DNA of 63,172 bases, the filler included, from Welwitschia mirabilis (taxonomy: Eukaryota), in the NCBI GenBank assembly GCA_051453625.1. It is 4 parts of one record of this genome, joined end to end, with 100 filler letters (N's around TTAATTAATTAA, not from the genome) between each part and the next. Parts side by side here need not be neighbours in the genome. Positions count along the whole stretch, not along the records: positions 1 to 23,810 come from JBOZIK010000001.1; 3 more parts are not named here. One strand, written 5' to 3'. The stretch's first letter is position 1; each line of letters begins with the position of its first letter. This document shows positions 1-14,600 of this stretch, piece after piece. Under the pieces are notes generated by a model. The model did not search any database and had not been told where the DNA came from. It was given only the letters and a program-made list of their open reading frames with translations. Made by a program: the position numbers and the translations under genes.

Positions 1-1716
1 CTAAAGTGGTAGTGAAATCCTTGATCATGTTGTTTATGTTACCTTTCTCTTCCTCTTTATAATGTTTTACTTTCTTTAAATCTTTTATGATTTTATCTAT
101 AGTTTAATTTTCTTTAGAAATGGATTTTGGCCAAGTTTAACTTATTTCCACTAGACCTTTCAAAAACTTCCATGTATCATTTAAAGTTAAGCTCATCAAT
201 TTGTCACTACAAAAAAAGTTTACAAGTTGTTTAATTTGACTAGTCAATCCACTGTAGAAATCAGTTATCAATTCNNNNNNNNNNNNNNNNNNNNNNNNNN
301 NNNNNNNNNNNNNNNNNNNNNNNNNNNNNNNNNNNNNNNNNNNNNNNNNNNNNNNNNNNNNNNNNNNNNNNNNNCTGTAGAAATAATTTATCAATTCATC
401 TTTACAGAATTCATCAACAAAGTTGGAATGAATAGCTATGATGAATCACTCATATGTTGTGACATAATCCTCTTGAGGTTGTTGTTAAAAGTTGGTAACT
501 TTATTCCTTCTTTTTCTTATGGTACTTTCACTCAAAAATCTTTAATAAAAACTTCTTATACTTGACTTTATGATTTAAGACTCTTGTGTGAAATGGTTCT
601 AAAATAAAGTTTTGCTTTTCCTCTAAGTATAACAGGAAAGATAAACATGTAAGTATGATTACAAATATGTTTCTTTCCATTTCCTAAGATAAGCACAAGT
701 TATTCAATTTTGAATTGATGTTGAAAATAGTCCTCTTTAGGTTCTCCTGAAAATGTTGGATATGCACTCAACCTTCTTAATTCTACATCATCACCAGAAG
801 ATAAATTGAAAGAATTTTGGATTTTACATTTTCTATTATTAATTAAATATTGACGTGTAGCATTCACATTAAACGTTAAAGTTCCTATCATGATTGTTGT
901 ACTAAATGAAGCAATTTGCTTTTATTTTTGCAATGATTTTGACATAGATGAAAAGGAAATGATACAATTTTCTTTTATTCTATTATTTTTACAATTTTCT
1001 TTTGAAAAATTTAACTCTAAATTAATGAAAGTAGATAAATCTTCTTATTCAATTCTTGAAATTTGTGGTGTGCATATCTAGATTTTTCTCTAAGTCAACT
1101 AACCCTTCTTTGATGTTTTCCTTAGTCAAGTTCCGCTCTCTCTGATATTTCATCTTTGTACTAGAATTCACCATGTTCCTACATACCCAGATAGAAAACA
1201 TAATGGTTGTCATTCTATTCATCATGAGAATGACACAGGGGACAACAAGCATAGATATACTGAAATAAAAAGAACAACTTATAGAAAGAATAAATAGGAA
1301 CTATTATTCTCTGTGTCATGAAGATGACAAAGTGGATGATAACTATTAAAACAAAACCTAAAAAAGAAATTTAATAAATCTAAAACTTAAATTACATACT
1401 ATCATCCTCAATGTTATAAGGACAATAGAGTGGACAAGGTATGCTAAAAAAGAAAAAAAGAAAATTTTTATTACCAAAATTAGAAGAATACAAAATAAAG
1501 TAAAGTATCATCTGCCTTGTTGTGGGAATGATAGTGAGGATGATAGTACTTATTAATTATGCTACCAAAATAGAAAATTATAGAAAAATAAACCTATAGA
1601 ACTAGAATAGAAATAAAGAACTATTTTAAATAAATAACCTCAATTAAAGTCTAACATATTTATTTGGATAAGGACAATCCTCTAGCTTCTTGTGATCTTT
1701 CCCAGCAATGGTGCTA
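1..1716 (-). mobile_element. Athila-like Ty3/gypsy internal region (PBS, 5' UTR, degenerate gag)
   Basis: Minus-strand PBS TAGCACCATTGCTGGGA (1700-1716) is a deaminated form of the Athila-type TGGCGCCGTTGCCGGGGA. Gag remnants read YPTFSGEPKEDYFQH, FPVILRGKAKLYF and LITDFYSGLTSQIKQLVNFFCSDKLMSLTLNDTWKFL, matching the Athila gag pattern, with many stops. Confidence 0.8.
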
Positions 1717-1719
1717 AAA

Positions 1720-2972
1720 TGTTGTAATGTGAATTTGTGCAAACTTTAAATTTTTAACTAAAACCTGTATATCACAATACTAGTAGAAAGACACATACTA
1801 GTATAGACAAGAGTTAACCTAAATGTTGTAATCCATTAAAGGCACTAGACTAAAAGTTAGAGAAGTGATTTCAAAAAGTATTTTTAGGTTTTATCCTTTA
1901 TAAATGAAAATAAAAAATAATGCAAATGTAATGCAAGATGAATGATGATAAAATGCAAATGGATGAAATGAAAGTGTAATAAGCCTATTTAAATTTTAAT
2001 CCGTTTGTCATAAAAATCAACCCTTATAACTTAGATCAATTAAAAATAGCTATCACTTATCCCTAATTAACATAAGCTATAAGATATATCAAGCAAAATA
2101 TAAATAAATTCAATTATGAAAATGGAATAAAATGAAATACAATGCAAGAGGATTTAAACTAACAATGTCAACAAAGATTGTTCTTATGATCTAGATAAGC
2201 TTTAAAGCTATCACCCAATCATAATCAAACTTAAACCATAAGAGAGGTTTACACAATAGAAGTAAAAAGTGTTCTTATATTAATCTTGAATTAACATCCA
2301 CTTATAAACAAAGTAGCAGTAACTCAATTGAGGATACTCATCCCAAAACCAAGGAAAACTTTTGTCTGTAGCATAAGATGGATCTCTTATCCTTTAATCT
2401 CCTATCACAATAATATCTAGTACAAAAGATGAAACAGGGATTAAAGGTCATAAGGGAATTTATAGTTTTACATTAAAATTCTTAAAGCAAAACCCTATAA
2501 GTTAGAGAAGAAATCATAGCAACCCACATGAGCTGCATGACCCCATTACAAAGATAATTCATTTTTATTCATACAAAGTAGTTGTCATCTTGACTTTCAT
2601 GGAGATGACACTAGAGATAATACTCTATAATAAGAGGTTATTCATTAGCTTTCATCCTTATAGTTAACTCCCAATTTTAGTTCATGTCTACAATATTTTT
2701 GTCTTACTCATCATGGAGATGATACAGGGGATGATATAATTCCTTTTTTTTTCAGCTAAGAAAGATCATCCTTTTGCATCATCGATCTTTCCTTTAAAAC
2801 ACTGAGGATTAGAATATGCCTGAAATACCTCCAAATATGCCAACATGTGTGTGTTTCTATGATTATCCTATCAACTCTTCATAATCATCAAAATTACATC
2901 TAAACCTATATAAATATCCTATAAAAGTAATTAAACTACTTTATCAAAATCCTACAAATTGGCATTGCAATA
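1720..2972 (-). mobile_element. 5' LTR of the Athila-like element at 1-1716
   Basis: Directly abuts the PBS. Minus-strand termini TATTGCAATG...CATTACAACA; similar by eye to the LTRs at 45530-46761, 38338-39993, 53628-54685 and 60795-62557. Confidence 0.75.
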
Positions 2973-3932
2973 ACTCTCTTATGAATTCTATTAATCCTAA
3001 TTACTTGGTGTAATTGACTTGGCCTTAAAGTTTAACTAATAATGATGAAGCATTTAAAAGAAATGGAATTTTTTATAAGATTACATTTGAAAATTAAAAA
3101 AATATTATTAAATATTAAACTTAGAAATAATTTTATAATCTTAGGAATGACATTGTTATTATTATGAGGTGATCACTCCTAATTTATAACTTAAATTAGA
3201 TAATCAAGTTTAATCCCCTTTCTTTTTTTTAAACAAATGAGGTTTACTATGTTTATAAGTTATGAATATGAGATTTTACTTTAAAGTTATCTAATCATAT
3301 AATTTGGTATGAGTAACCTGATTAGACCTTTGACTATTTCTAAGAGTATCTAATTATAAGGCATTATTTTATGTATTTATATTTTTGGCAAAAGCTTAAT
3401 ATTTTTAAGAAATCATATAAGGTCATTATCCTAAATTCTAAAGATAAGTGTAATTCTCCTAGGTGATTAATATCTATAGCTATAAGGTAATATAGTCTTT
3501 AATAATTTAAATTCATCATCCTTTTAAGTTTGTTTAGGAATTTGGGATTATCATAAATGTGATTAACATAATAATCATATGGGAATTGGGGTTATAGTTA
3601 ACCTTATGAACACTTTGAAGCTATCCTAAATATAATTTAACTTCAGTTTAACTTCTAGTATTATTAGGATGCTAAGATTATCATTAGTATAATCTTTGTA
3701 ATTATTGCAATTAACATGGATGTAAGTTGGTATATATTTTGGGATTGAAAAATTATAGGTATGATTACATTTATTACAATTAGGAGATATGATTAAATTC
3801 ATGCTTATCTACGAGTTAGAGTTATCTTGGAATCTAGTATTATCAAGGATATAATTGGAGTTACATTCTTATAAATTTATAAGTGCTTAACATAGGTATT
3901 ATTTAAGTTAACCTAATTCTCTAATATCAATT

Positions 3933-6900
3933 TGTAACACCCTCTTTTTACTTACTCCAATTAAGTACTATATTTTTTCCTTCTTTCTCTTCTCTTATTC
4001 TTTAACATTATTTTCTAATAAACATAGTAGAATCTAGGATTACATTTTACTTATTCCTTTATTAGCATTTCTATATTTTGAGAAAAACAAATCATATTAT
4101 TATTATATATTTATCTATAATTAATTTCTAGGTTATNNNNNNNNNNNNNNNNNNNNNNNNNNNNNNNNNNNNNNNNNNNNNNNNNNNNNNNNNNNNNNNN
4201 NNNNNNNNNNNNNNNNNNNNNNNNNNNNNNNNNNNNTAGCATTTCTATATTTTGAGAAAAACAAATCATATTATTATTATATATTTATCTATAATTAATT
4301 TCTAGGTTATTTTAATTTATAAATAATGCAATTTCATAAGTTTATATCCTCCATTTATTAATAAATTTTGTCATATAAAAAGATATATTGTACATAGTTG
4401 AGGAGATGTAAACATGTTATAAACATACATGAATAAGTTTAAGGATAATATCCAACTAATATAATAGGAGATTTCAACTCCCTCTAATGGCATTCTAACT
4501 CGATATTTTATCACCCTTTAGATGTNNNNNNNNNNNNNNNNNNNNNNNNNNNNNNNNNNNNNNNNNNNNNNNNNNNNNNNNNNNNNNNNNNNNNNNNNNN
4601 NNNNNNNNNNNNNNNNNNNNNNNNNTCACATAAAAGATATCTTGTGAATAGTTGAGGAGATGTAAACATGTTATAAACATACATGAATAAGTTTAAGGAT
4701 AATACCCAACTAATATAATAGGAGATTTCGACTCCCTCTAATGGCATTCTAATTCGATATTTTATCACCTTTTAGATGTGAGTTAGTTTTAGTTTAGGAT
4801 CTAACCTATACTAACATGATCAGGCTTAACTACATATGCTTATAATTCAACTCAATATACCCCCAATATAGATGACAGATGGTATGTGAGGTGGATGCAT
4901 ACTTACAAATAACCCATACTTCCATGAAATATCTTTGAATGGTGGCTTAACATATTAAGTTAGATTATTTTCATGCATGGGTAAGATAAGATATTAATGA
5001 TTAAATTCACTTGAAAAAGGGTATTATAAAAAAATATATAATGCAACCCACCTTGGTGATGAAATCTAAATATGAGGATGAATATTATTAGGATTATCTT
5101 GATTTATCCTATTTGATGGGTACACTGCATAAATGCATTCATACAATTTTAAATAATATAGATATTTATTGTATTATTTACCTACTTATAATAATTGTAA
5201 TTATTAGTAGATTTATTTTATAGAAATAATTATGGAAAAGAAAATAAGCATATTAGAACATTTCTATATTCAAGATTACAATAATAAAAATCTAAATGAA
5301 GGAAATATTCTTTTCTTTTATTTATTTCAATCATAAGAAAAATATTAAAAATGTATCAAATCATATTTTAATAATATGCTTAAAGAATTTAATTTATACC
5401 TAAAGCTATGCCAATCCTAGAAGCATTCTTCCATGCTCATAAGACAATCTCCATGGAACGGTGCAATGAAAACAAACAAAAGAAAGTATAGCTCAAGTAT
5501 GATTATTAAAACATAAGACTTTATCCAAGTCTCATATGGCTATATTATAAGTTAATAAAATAAATAATAAATCCAAGACTATTCATGTTACTTAAACTAC
5601 AAAGGTAAAAATCCTTACCAGCATGAAGTAAGATTAAAAAAAAGGTAAAAGAGGTATTCTTGCTATTAAAATATTATTCCTAAGAAATATAACTTAAGGC
5701 TACTCCTTGCAATGTGTCTTGTATACTCAAATTACCTATATAATTTTATTTAATAATTTAAAACATTAATTATAGTGTTTGGGGCTCTATGGACACATCA
5801 TAATCAAAAAAAAAAATAATTAATTATGAAGAAAAAATAAATTATAGTAGTTTTTCATAAATTAGACTAATAATAGGATCATTAAAAACTAACTTAAGAT
5901 ATCAATATTATTTTTAAGGCCAGACTTAAGGTTAAAAACTCTCAAATGTTCTAAAATTATAGTCTTTCTACACTACACTAAAATGACTATAACTTTTAAG
6001 TTACTTTGGGTTTTTAAATGATTTAAGATGTTTGAAAATCTTATCTAATTTTCTACAACATAGGCTAATCAAGTTTTTGGATATCTTAGCTATTAGTTTT
6101 AGAAATGTAAATTAATTGTTTACTATATTTTGTATTCATTTTCTAATGTATTTTGATAAATAATTTTTTTTAAATTACTATACATCAGAAAAATTACTAT
6201 TTTTATGTATTCACAATCATGAAATAATCCTAAAGTTACATAGAAAATTTCACTACTTTATCCTTATTAATTAATAATCTATGATGTTTTTGACATATCC
6301 TCTATTCTCGAAGTTTAATTTTTACTTTAAAAAAATGGTAAAGCTTCTACAACTAGTTATATAATAATTTAGATAAATAAAATAATAGCTATACTAAATA
6401 ATTATTTATGATACTAATTTAAATAATTATAAAAATAAAAATCAATTTAATTCAAAAAAAATCATTTACTATGAGCTTTACATGAAAACGTACTAGCCTA
6501 AAAAAGATTTTTGAGGATAAGATCTTTACCTCTAATAAGATGGACCTAATGCATAATAAATAAAAATATAATATTAAATAAACATGGGTATCCAAATTTC
6601 CTTTTTTTCCCTTTTTATAATAAATCCCCTGGTTACTTGATTATAATCATCCATTAGTAACGTCCATCACCAAGCATACAAAACCCCTCATATCTNNNNN
6701 NNNNNNNNNNNNNNNNNNNNNNNNNNNNNNNNNNNNNNNNNNNNNNNNNNNNNNNNNNNNNNNNNNNNNNNNNNNNNNNNNNNNNNNNNNNNNNNNNNNN
6801 NNNNNNNNNNNNNNNNNNNNNNNNNNNNNNNNNNNNNNNNNNNNNNNNNNNNNNNNNNNNNNNNNNNNNNNNNNNNNNNNNNNNNNNNNNNNNNNNNNNN

Positions 6901-7416
6901 NNNNNNNNNNNNNNNNNNNNNNNNNNNNNNNNNNNNNNNNNNNNNNNNNNNNNNNNNNNNNNNNNNNNNNNNNNNNNNNNNNNNNNNNNNNNNNNNNNNN
7001 NNNNNNNNNNNNNNNNNNNNNNNNNNNNNNNNNNNNNNNNNNNNNNNNNNNNNNNNNNNNNNNNNNNNNNNNNNNNNNNNNNNNNNNNNNNNNNNNNNNN
7101 NNNNNNNNNNNNNNNNNNNNNNNNNNNNNNNNNNNNNNNNNNNNNNNNNNNNNNNNNNNNNNNNNNNNNNNNNNNNNNNNNNNNNNNNNNNNNNNNNNNN
7201 NNNNNNNNNNNNNNNNNNNNNNNNNNNNNNNNNNNNNNNNNNNNNNNNNNNNNNNNNNNNNNNNNNNNNNNNNNNNNNNNNNNNNNNNNNNNNNNNNNNN
7301 NNNNNNNNNNNNNNNNNNNNNNNNNNNNNNNNNNNNNNNNNNNNNNNNNNNNNNNNNNNNNNNNNNNNNNNNNNNNNNNNNNNNNNNNNNNNNNNNNNNN
7401 NNNNNNNNNNNNNNNN

Positions 7417-7489
<73 letters not shown>

Positions 7490-7547
7490 TAAAAATAAAC
7501 TTGTATGAAACATAAGGAAATTTTCTCCTTTTCAAGAGAAGAAAGGA

Positions 7548-7594
<47 letters not shown>

Positions 7595-8505
7595 AAGGCA
7601 AATGGCTCAAAATCACAAGATCACTTATATATATCAAAGGCAAATGGCTCAAAATCACAAGATCACATAATTTATCATTGAAATGTTGGATGAGTAACAA
7701 GTAATATTAAAGTACAGAAAGAGATCATATTTATAACTCGTGCACCTAATTAGGGTGAGTAATATTCTTACTTTAATTAGTAACATTAATTACATATATA
7801 ATTTCCTCATGCTATCTCTTTCTTAATACTTTATAGGCTTATAAGTAAGTTTAATTCATTCAAGACATGTATCAAAAGAATAAATTCACAAATCTCAAAA
7901 TTTTCCTATGGAATAATGAGATAAATTCTTTAATTTTAATGAAAAACAATAAATGTGCTATGAATTAAGTGCCCTTACACATCTCAAATAGATAAAAATC
8001 ATTGTAAAGTAAATCTACTCATTTATCATTCTTGGTTCTAGGTAAGAGTTTACTTATTTAAATGTCCATTTATTTCAAAATGCATAGAATCTATTAATCA
8101 CACAACATAAAAAATAAAATGTTTTTTCATATTATAGTATACCTATCACATTTACCAAGAATTTAAATGAGTAAGTAAGATGTAAAATATATTATTATAT
8201 CCTCTTGAAATTCTCAATTTATTAGTTTTATCATGTGAGCTTAATACCTTACATAATTCAGTTATCTAATTTTAACATTTGGTAGCTTTTCTTGTAAAAA
8301 CATTTTAACATAATTATTATAATATTCATGGTAAATTATCAAAATTACAAGCTAAGACTAATTTAAAATACTATCTTATTTTGATAAGGCCTTCAAAGAA
8401 GAGTAATTTATCATCTGATTAAATGATTAATATGCTTAATATCTAAGTAATTAAGGTTTACAAATATGGGATCTGACATCAAATGACTAAAATAAGGGTG
8501 TTAAA
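3933..8505. mobile_element. Probable long Tekay/Del-type gypsy LTR (solo or fragment), interrupted by gaps and microsatellites
   Basis: Inverted termini TGTAACACCC (3933-3942) and GGGTGTTAAA (8496-8505, one mismatch to GGGTGTTACA). Non-coding and AT-rich; a related terminus occurs at 37783. No matching TSD found. Confidence 0.45.
7417..7666. repeat. (AG)n and (AT)n microsatellites followed by a 42-bp-period direct duplication
   Basis: (AG)n 7417-7484 next to a gap; (TA)n about 7550-7592; ATATATATCAAAGGCAAATGGCTCAAAATCACAAGATCAC occurs twice (7585-7624, 7627-7666). Confidence 0.95.
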
Positions 8506-10263
8506 CCTCCTAGGAATCATTAACAATCATATTTAAAGTATAGCACATATTATTATTAATGTTTATAGGAAACAACTATTCGTAGTCATGTATATCTTTA
8601 TAATTAATCTACCTCTTTTATCAAATATGATGCAAACATCATTATGAAATTTAACTATATTCCATTTTAACAACTATCTAATAGTTAACAAATTATTCTT
8701 TGAACCTAGAATAGAGAGAATATCTTCAATATAGTTCTTCTTATATTGTTTTATCTTTATGATAATTTTAACTTTTCTCAAGGCTAAGAAAATGGCATTA
8801 TTTCCATCCTTACTTTTACCTTCATAGATTCATTTAGGTTTTAAAAGTTTTCTTTCTTTTTTGCCATATGATTCCTGCATCCACTATCAACAAATCATGT
8901 ATTTTCTCTAAAAGTTTTAGTTATGTCACATGTTAGTAATAAATTTTTGTCTTTCTTTTCTTGTGCATCACTAGAATCTTCAGTATTTTCTTCTTTTACA
9001 TTTTACATTCATAATAAAAATGTCCAAATCCATGATGATTATAACACTGAATTTTCGATTGACCTCTACCTCTTATAATGTTACCTTTACCCCTACCTCT
9101 ATTTTAGAAGCATTGATCTTCTCCTATTTCTCCTCCATAGCCTCTACCTCTATTATGACATTTGCCTTAGCTTGAATTTTCATGTTCAAAATATTTATTA
9201 CTATGCATTTTTGTAAGTATCATGGTAGATAAAGCTATATAAAAATATTGAACACGTTCTTTGTATACCATTTCATATTAGATTACTTTTACATAAAAAT
9301 TATTCATATAACATATAGTCTCTACCAAGGAACTAATCAAGGAATCATATCTTATTAGGAGAGAATGCAAAAACTTTTGCATAAATTCTAAATCTTCTAC
9401 ATCAATGCCAAGATTTTTGAGGTTATTTAACACCTCCTACGATGTCTTGATAAATTGCTCTAATGTCTATAATTATGACATGAAAAAAGTATCATACTCT
9501 TTCCTTGCTTGCTTAATCTTAAACTCTTGAATCTTCTTTAATCCCTTGAACCTAACTTCAAGGGTCTTTCACATCTTCTTAGTAGATTTTACATTTACTA
9601 TCTTTAAAAGAACATCTTTTTTCCATTACATCTGTCAAAAAACCACTTCACTGTTGCATTCTTCTTTCTTGCATCAAAAATAACTTTATTATCCTTTGAG
9701 TTTAAATATTAAAACAAGAGAGGTTTTATTTCATCTTAAAATGCATTCTTAATAATGTCCCACAAGTCTTGTCCCACCAACACATTCTTCATTTTCCTTT
9801 GCCAACATTAAAAATTAGTATTCTCTATGAAGATGGGAATCTTTAAGCCATGATTTTTAGAACCCAGCATCTTTTTAAAATTCTCTTTATTCCACCTTTC
9901 TCTAATACTAAATACTTAAAAATGAAACAAAAAAACAAGAAAATAAGAGAGAGAATGGAGGACAAAGTCTTTATTAAATTAACACTCACAAATTACTTTC
10001 TTGTAATTGTTGGCATATGCCTATTTATATAGACCCCTTAGCCATGCAAAAGTAAAACATGATTTAACTTCTAATTCATATTTAATTCATATGAACTTAA
10101 CACATGCTTAACTCATATTAAGTTAACACATATATAACTCATATTAACTCCTCTTAACTTAGCTTAGCATTGACTCAACATACACCTATCAAACTGACTT
10201 AACCTAATCAACACTAAATAAAAATCTTAACTAATACTTGAAATTAGATATTCTATTTTAACA
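8506..10263 (-). mobile_element. Ty1/copia relic: 5' LTR (~9913-10263), PBS, gag (UBN2-type), zinc knuckle, protease
   Basis: Minus strand: LTR starts TGTT at 10263 with TATA (10020-10032); PBS TAGTATTAGAGA (9899-9910), close to the Met-i type TGGTATCAGAGC. Translations CWQRKMKNVLVGQDLWDII, KTLEVRFKGLKKIQEFKIK, an RG-rich tract, QCYNHHGFGHFYYECK (decayed CCHC) and *FVDSGCRNHM (protease). Confidence 0.85.
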
Positions 10264-11627
10264 AGGATGACAATGAATAAAGTGGAGAAAGAAGACAATT
10301 ACATTTGTTTGTACTTTTATCTCTATTAACGTTCACCATGTAAATAATGTCTCCATTCTCTTGCCTAGATAATTCCTTTTCATTGAATAAACTCTTCAAA
10401 TCCATTGCTTATTTCATTAAGAACTTTAAAGATGCTCTTTGATTTAATCATTAATATTACATGTGGTTTTTTTATTACATGTGTTTAATTCTTGGTCATT
10501 TCTATGTGCATTACATGCACTAATTCTACTATTCTAGGCATTTGAAACTGTGATAATTTGAATCTATCAAGTAGATTGTAATATCAAATTTAATGATGGC
10601 CATGTAGAAATGAACAAGCATCTTTTTATAAAAAATATAAATTCATTTAATCTATTAGTGACTAATGCATCTTAATCCATTTATCTTTGACTGTCTTTTT
10701 TTTCCCTTTTTTTCTTTTTCGTGATTTTTTCAAACCTATGTATGTTTAAATTACATTGAATTCTAGCCATTATCACCTTATCTACATTAACAACTTGTAG
10801 TAACCTTTAGCAGGCCTATTGTATTAGCAACTTGCTTTGATTGATTCCTAATGTCACATTCTTATAACTATCTTATTTAGAGGGGATAATCATGTCAGCA
10901 CATTTGGTAAGATTAGCATAGGTTTCCTTTTTTTAATAGCATTCATATAGTCATTCTAGAAAATGATGTGCACATGTACTATTTTAAAGTTTTGTAGCTT
11001 GACCTATGTATATGTATGTTGTGTTAAGCATGTAATTTTAATAGATTTTATCTCTTTCCTATGCACATGCACTTTTTAGTGTATTCTTGAGTTATTTCTT
11101 TGGGAAATTTTTTGAATTTTTTTAATAATTCTTAGCCATTGTAATTCATTAACTTTCATTTTATTACATCAAGTTAATTTTGGATGTGAAGAAAAATCCA
11201 CTTGGCTTGTTTTCCCTCATTAAGGTCTTTCTTTTACTTGGTAATTTTCATAGCCTAAGATAAGTTGATATGTTGAAAAAGATCCATTTAACTTGATTAT
11301 GATAAAACCAAGTCACCTTTATTTGGTTGTTTGGCCTTCGTTTTAACTTTACGCTTAATGCTATCATTTAAGAATTTTATTATGTCTTAAGATTTAAAAT
11401 TGAAATTATCCACTTCTTAAACCACATAATGTTTTCCACTAGTAATAAGTCTTGATTAGTGGTGCACAGTAGGGACTTACATAGACATTAATCTATGTTG
11501 TAATATGCTATTCTCTAATATTATTATATGGTCTTTAACTACCATAACTATGTACTTTGAGTCATGTAGAGAGCCATATTTCTCTTANNNNNNNNNNNNN
11601 NNNNNNNNNNNNNNNNNNNNNNNNNNN

Positions 11628-14600
11628 GCAAACCTTGGTAATCAAGGGTGTATTACATGAATATTGAAGTTCACTTGAGAGGATCTACTTGGATTTCATC
11701 ACGAAGTTGATAGGGAAGCATTAGTGTAAGAAATCTAAAATTTACTAAGTTTGAGGTATAAGTAGATCATCAACATTGTATCAAATTCTCCCTTAAGGTG
11801 GTATATAGATCAGGTAACCAAAGCTGAGTAATGATTTGAATGCTCCATTGACATCATTTTACTCCTTTTAAAGATAAGGATTACACCCTTGAAGAGGATG
11901 TGATCGCTACTTAGATTGGGAGAATACCTAAAATTGACAAATCTTTTACTTAATTTTCTAATAATGGAGACCCCTTACATTAAATGTTATAGCATTTCCA
12001 GAAGGATTTGTTATGAAAATTACTTTATTTTTCTTATGTGTGTAATCATTAGAGGGTTATTTTCATAAAAATTTGTTATACTTTTGTGGATTGACTAGAT
12101 CATACAACTTATTGATGTGAGTAAGATCCCATTCCAATTAACTATAGCTTTGTATTGTAAATTTCTTTTGGCTTTTTTTTTATTTTGATAAATTATTTGT
12201 AATTATAGATGTAAGAAATATGCCTTGTTAAATCAACTATGTCATTTCATTTTTTCTCTTATCATTTTCTCTTCTTCAGTTAATAAGTTTTCTTTATGTG
12301 TATGATAGATTGATTATGTGGTTATGTATTTGAGCAAGGTCATCATATAAAAATCAACTATACCTTACAACGTTTCATATATTTTTCTTTAGTATTAACT
12401 ATGATGATCTTAAAGAAAAAGTTTTAGATGTTATTGAATTTTTTTATACCAATATTAATAATTGAAATCATGGACAACATCAAAGTTACTCTTCAAGATG
12501 GTCAGAGTTGAAAAGATTGGTATAAATATTTTATGTCCACCATATATATGTATGTATCTTCTTCATCATCATTTTTTTAATAAATCACATGTTTTTCTTT
12601 AACCTCTAGATGAATAAAATAATTAGAAGTCTCTTGATAATAAGTTAACATAAACTAGGAAAAAAATCTATGGATTCATAGCATAAGAAGTTATTATATC
12701 ATAGTGAGACTAGCTATAACCACTTCATCACATTGCAGAATATATTCTACTAAAAGAATGATTTGGAGATTATCATTATCATTATAAGCATGGATCTCTT
12801 ACATCATAAAAAAGGCTATATGTGATAATTGATTACACATATGACTGATACCAAGGAAAAAGCTACTAAAATTAACCTACAAAACCACATTTTCATATAC
12901 TACATCAAGTTTGGAGGATCCATCTTTACCTAACTACCCTATGTCACTTCATGGTAATTAGAAACTATTACAAACAACTTTTAATACACTTAGTAAGGAT
13001 CTTATTACCACTAAAGAATAGTTTAAATTTATTATCTCCTCATTTTTTAAAGCTACATTCAAAGTTTTACATCTTCATAATGGTCACATTCCAATAAACA
13101 CTTCTTCAGCAAATATCAAACATCATAAACAGGATAAAGATCCCCATAAAAATTAAGTAACTTCACCTACTTAATCTCATCAGTCTCAACTAAAGAAGAA
13201 ACCACATTAGAGTAATGCTGCTTTGAAGAAGAACATGTTTCAATGTTCACAATGTAAAAGACAATGTCCTATTACTAATTATTATTAGATAACTCAAAAG
13301 AAAATTAAAGCTACTCCTAAGCCAAATGCAGTTACTAATGAGTTTAGTTCTTTGGATAATGATGAATACTATGAATTCAATGTCATGTTTAAAAGTTATG
13401 ATTTTGCATGTATGATTGAAAACATACCTTATGATAAATCTTGAATTCTAAATACTATTTTGTTACACTTTCAACTTTCATGTATTTAATAGGGTATTTT
13501 GAGTAGTTTTGTAGGATATTAAATAGGTTTATGCTAGATTTCTATGATAATGAAGAGCTAAGATGAAAGATACAAAAACATGCAATCTTCAGGACATTTT
13601 GCAACATTTAAGGTAGTTTATAATATTTCCTATTTTGAAGTAAACCTTCTACAAATATGAAATCTGATGCATTTCATGGGCACTTGTAAAAACCCTATCA
13701 TCCACCTCATCATCTGGACAACTATACAAATAATAGAACATTTAAGATAATAAGGATGCTGATGGGAATCAATTTGGTAGATGACATAGAATTATTATGA
13801 GGTAGCATCATCTTCTGTATCATCCGAATGGCCAGTAGAATGACATCTATTATAATGACTGAAATTCACCTAAATTTGGTCATTTGTCTCTACGTTACTT
13901 ATGCAGTTGTTAGGTTGTGCCTACACCTGTTTGTCTTGGTTGTTTATTGTGAGTCTATTTGTTAATAAGTACCAACTCTGACCTTGACTCCTGCTTGTCT
14001 TTGCTTGCACTGGAAATTCTCATGATAGGAGATCAAAGGGCCAGAGATTCATCCATTATAGATGTAGAGAGACATATTCCTTTGTGTTGGGTTGTGCTTC
14101 CTCCATTGAGGTGCGACTGCTTTGTAACATGGATGTTGTTTGGAAATTATTTCAAAGAACTCTTTTCTATTTTCCTATGCTTATTGTGTACTTATCCCTT
14201 ATAGTTTATGTTGCTTCTAATTCCATGACAGTTTCTTAAGTGATATAGATTATGAGGAAAATATTTGTCAAGGTTAAGCATTATTAGTTTAGGTGCATTA
14301 TTTTTTTATTTCCTAAATTAGCTTTGCGTAAGTGTGTTTGCATTGTTATTTTCTACTTTGCATTTTATTTCTACTGTTAAGGTACATAAGTATTTCATCT
14401 CAAATCAACTCTATTTCTTCTAGCCTAGGCCTTCAACAAAATACGACATTCAGGTCCACTCTCATCTATATTAGTGAGTTGTGCAAAATCTATATTTATT
14501 TGTGAATGACAGGATATTCTTAGGAGCATAATATTTGCACAAATACACATTGCAACACATTTTAACTAGGCATATGATATACATGTGTAACTATTTTACT

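Noticed and set aside
4063..4310. Identical 74-bp direct repeat (also near-identical 38418-38486/38799-38867 and 45008-45033/45134-45159)
   Set aside because: Flanks an N-gap exactly; most likely unmerged contig overlap.
6647..7700. Long ORFs of 288 and 348 aa in the ORF track (likewise 38444-38821)
   Set aside because: Composed of N-gaps and microsatellite translation.
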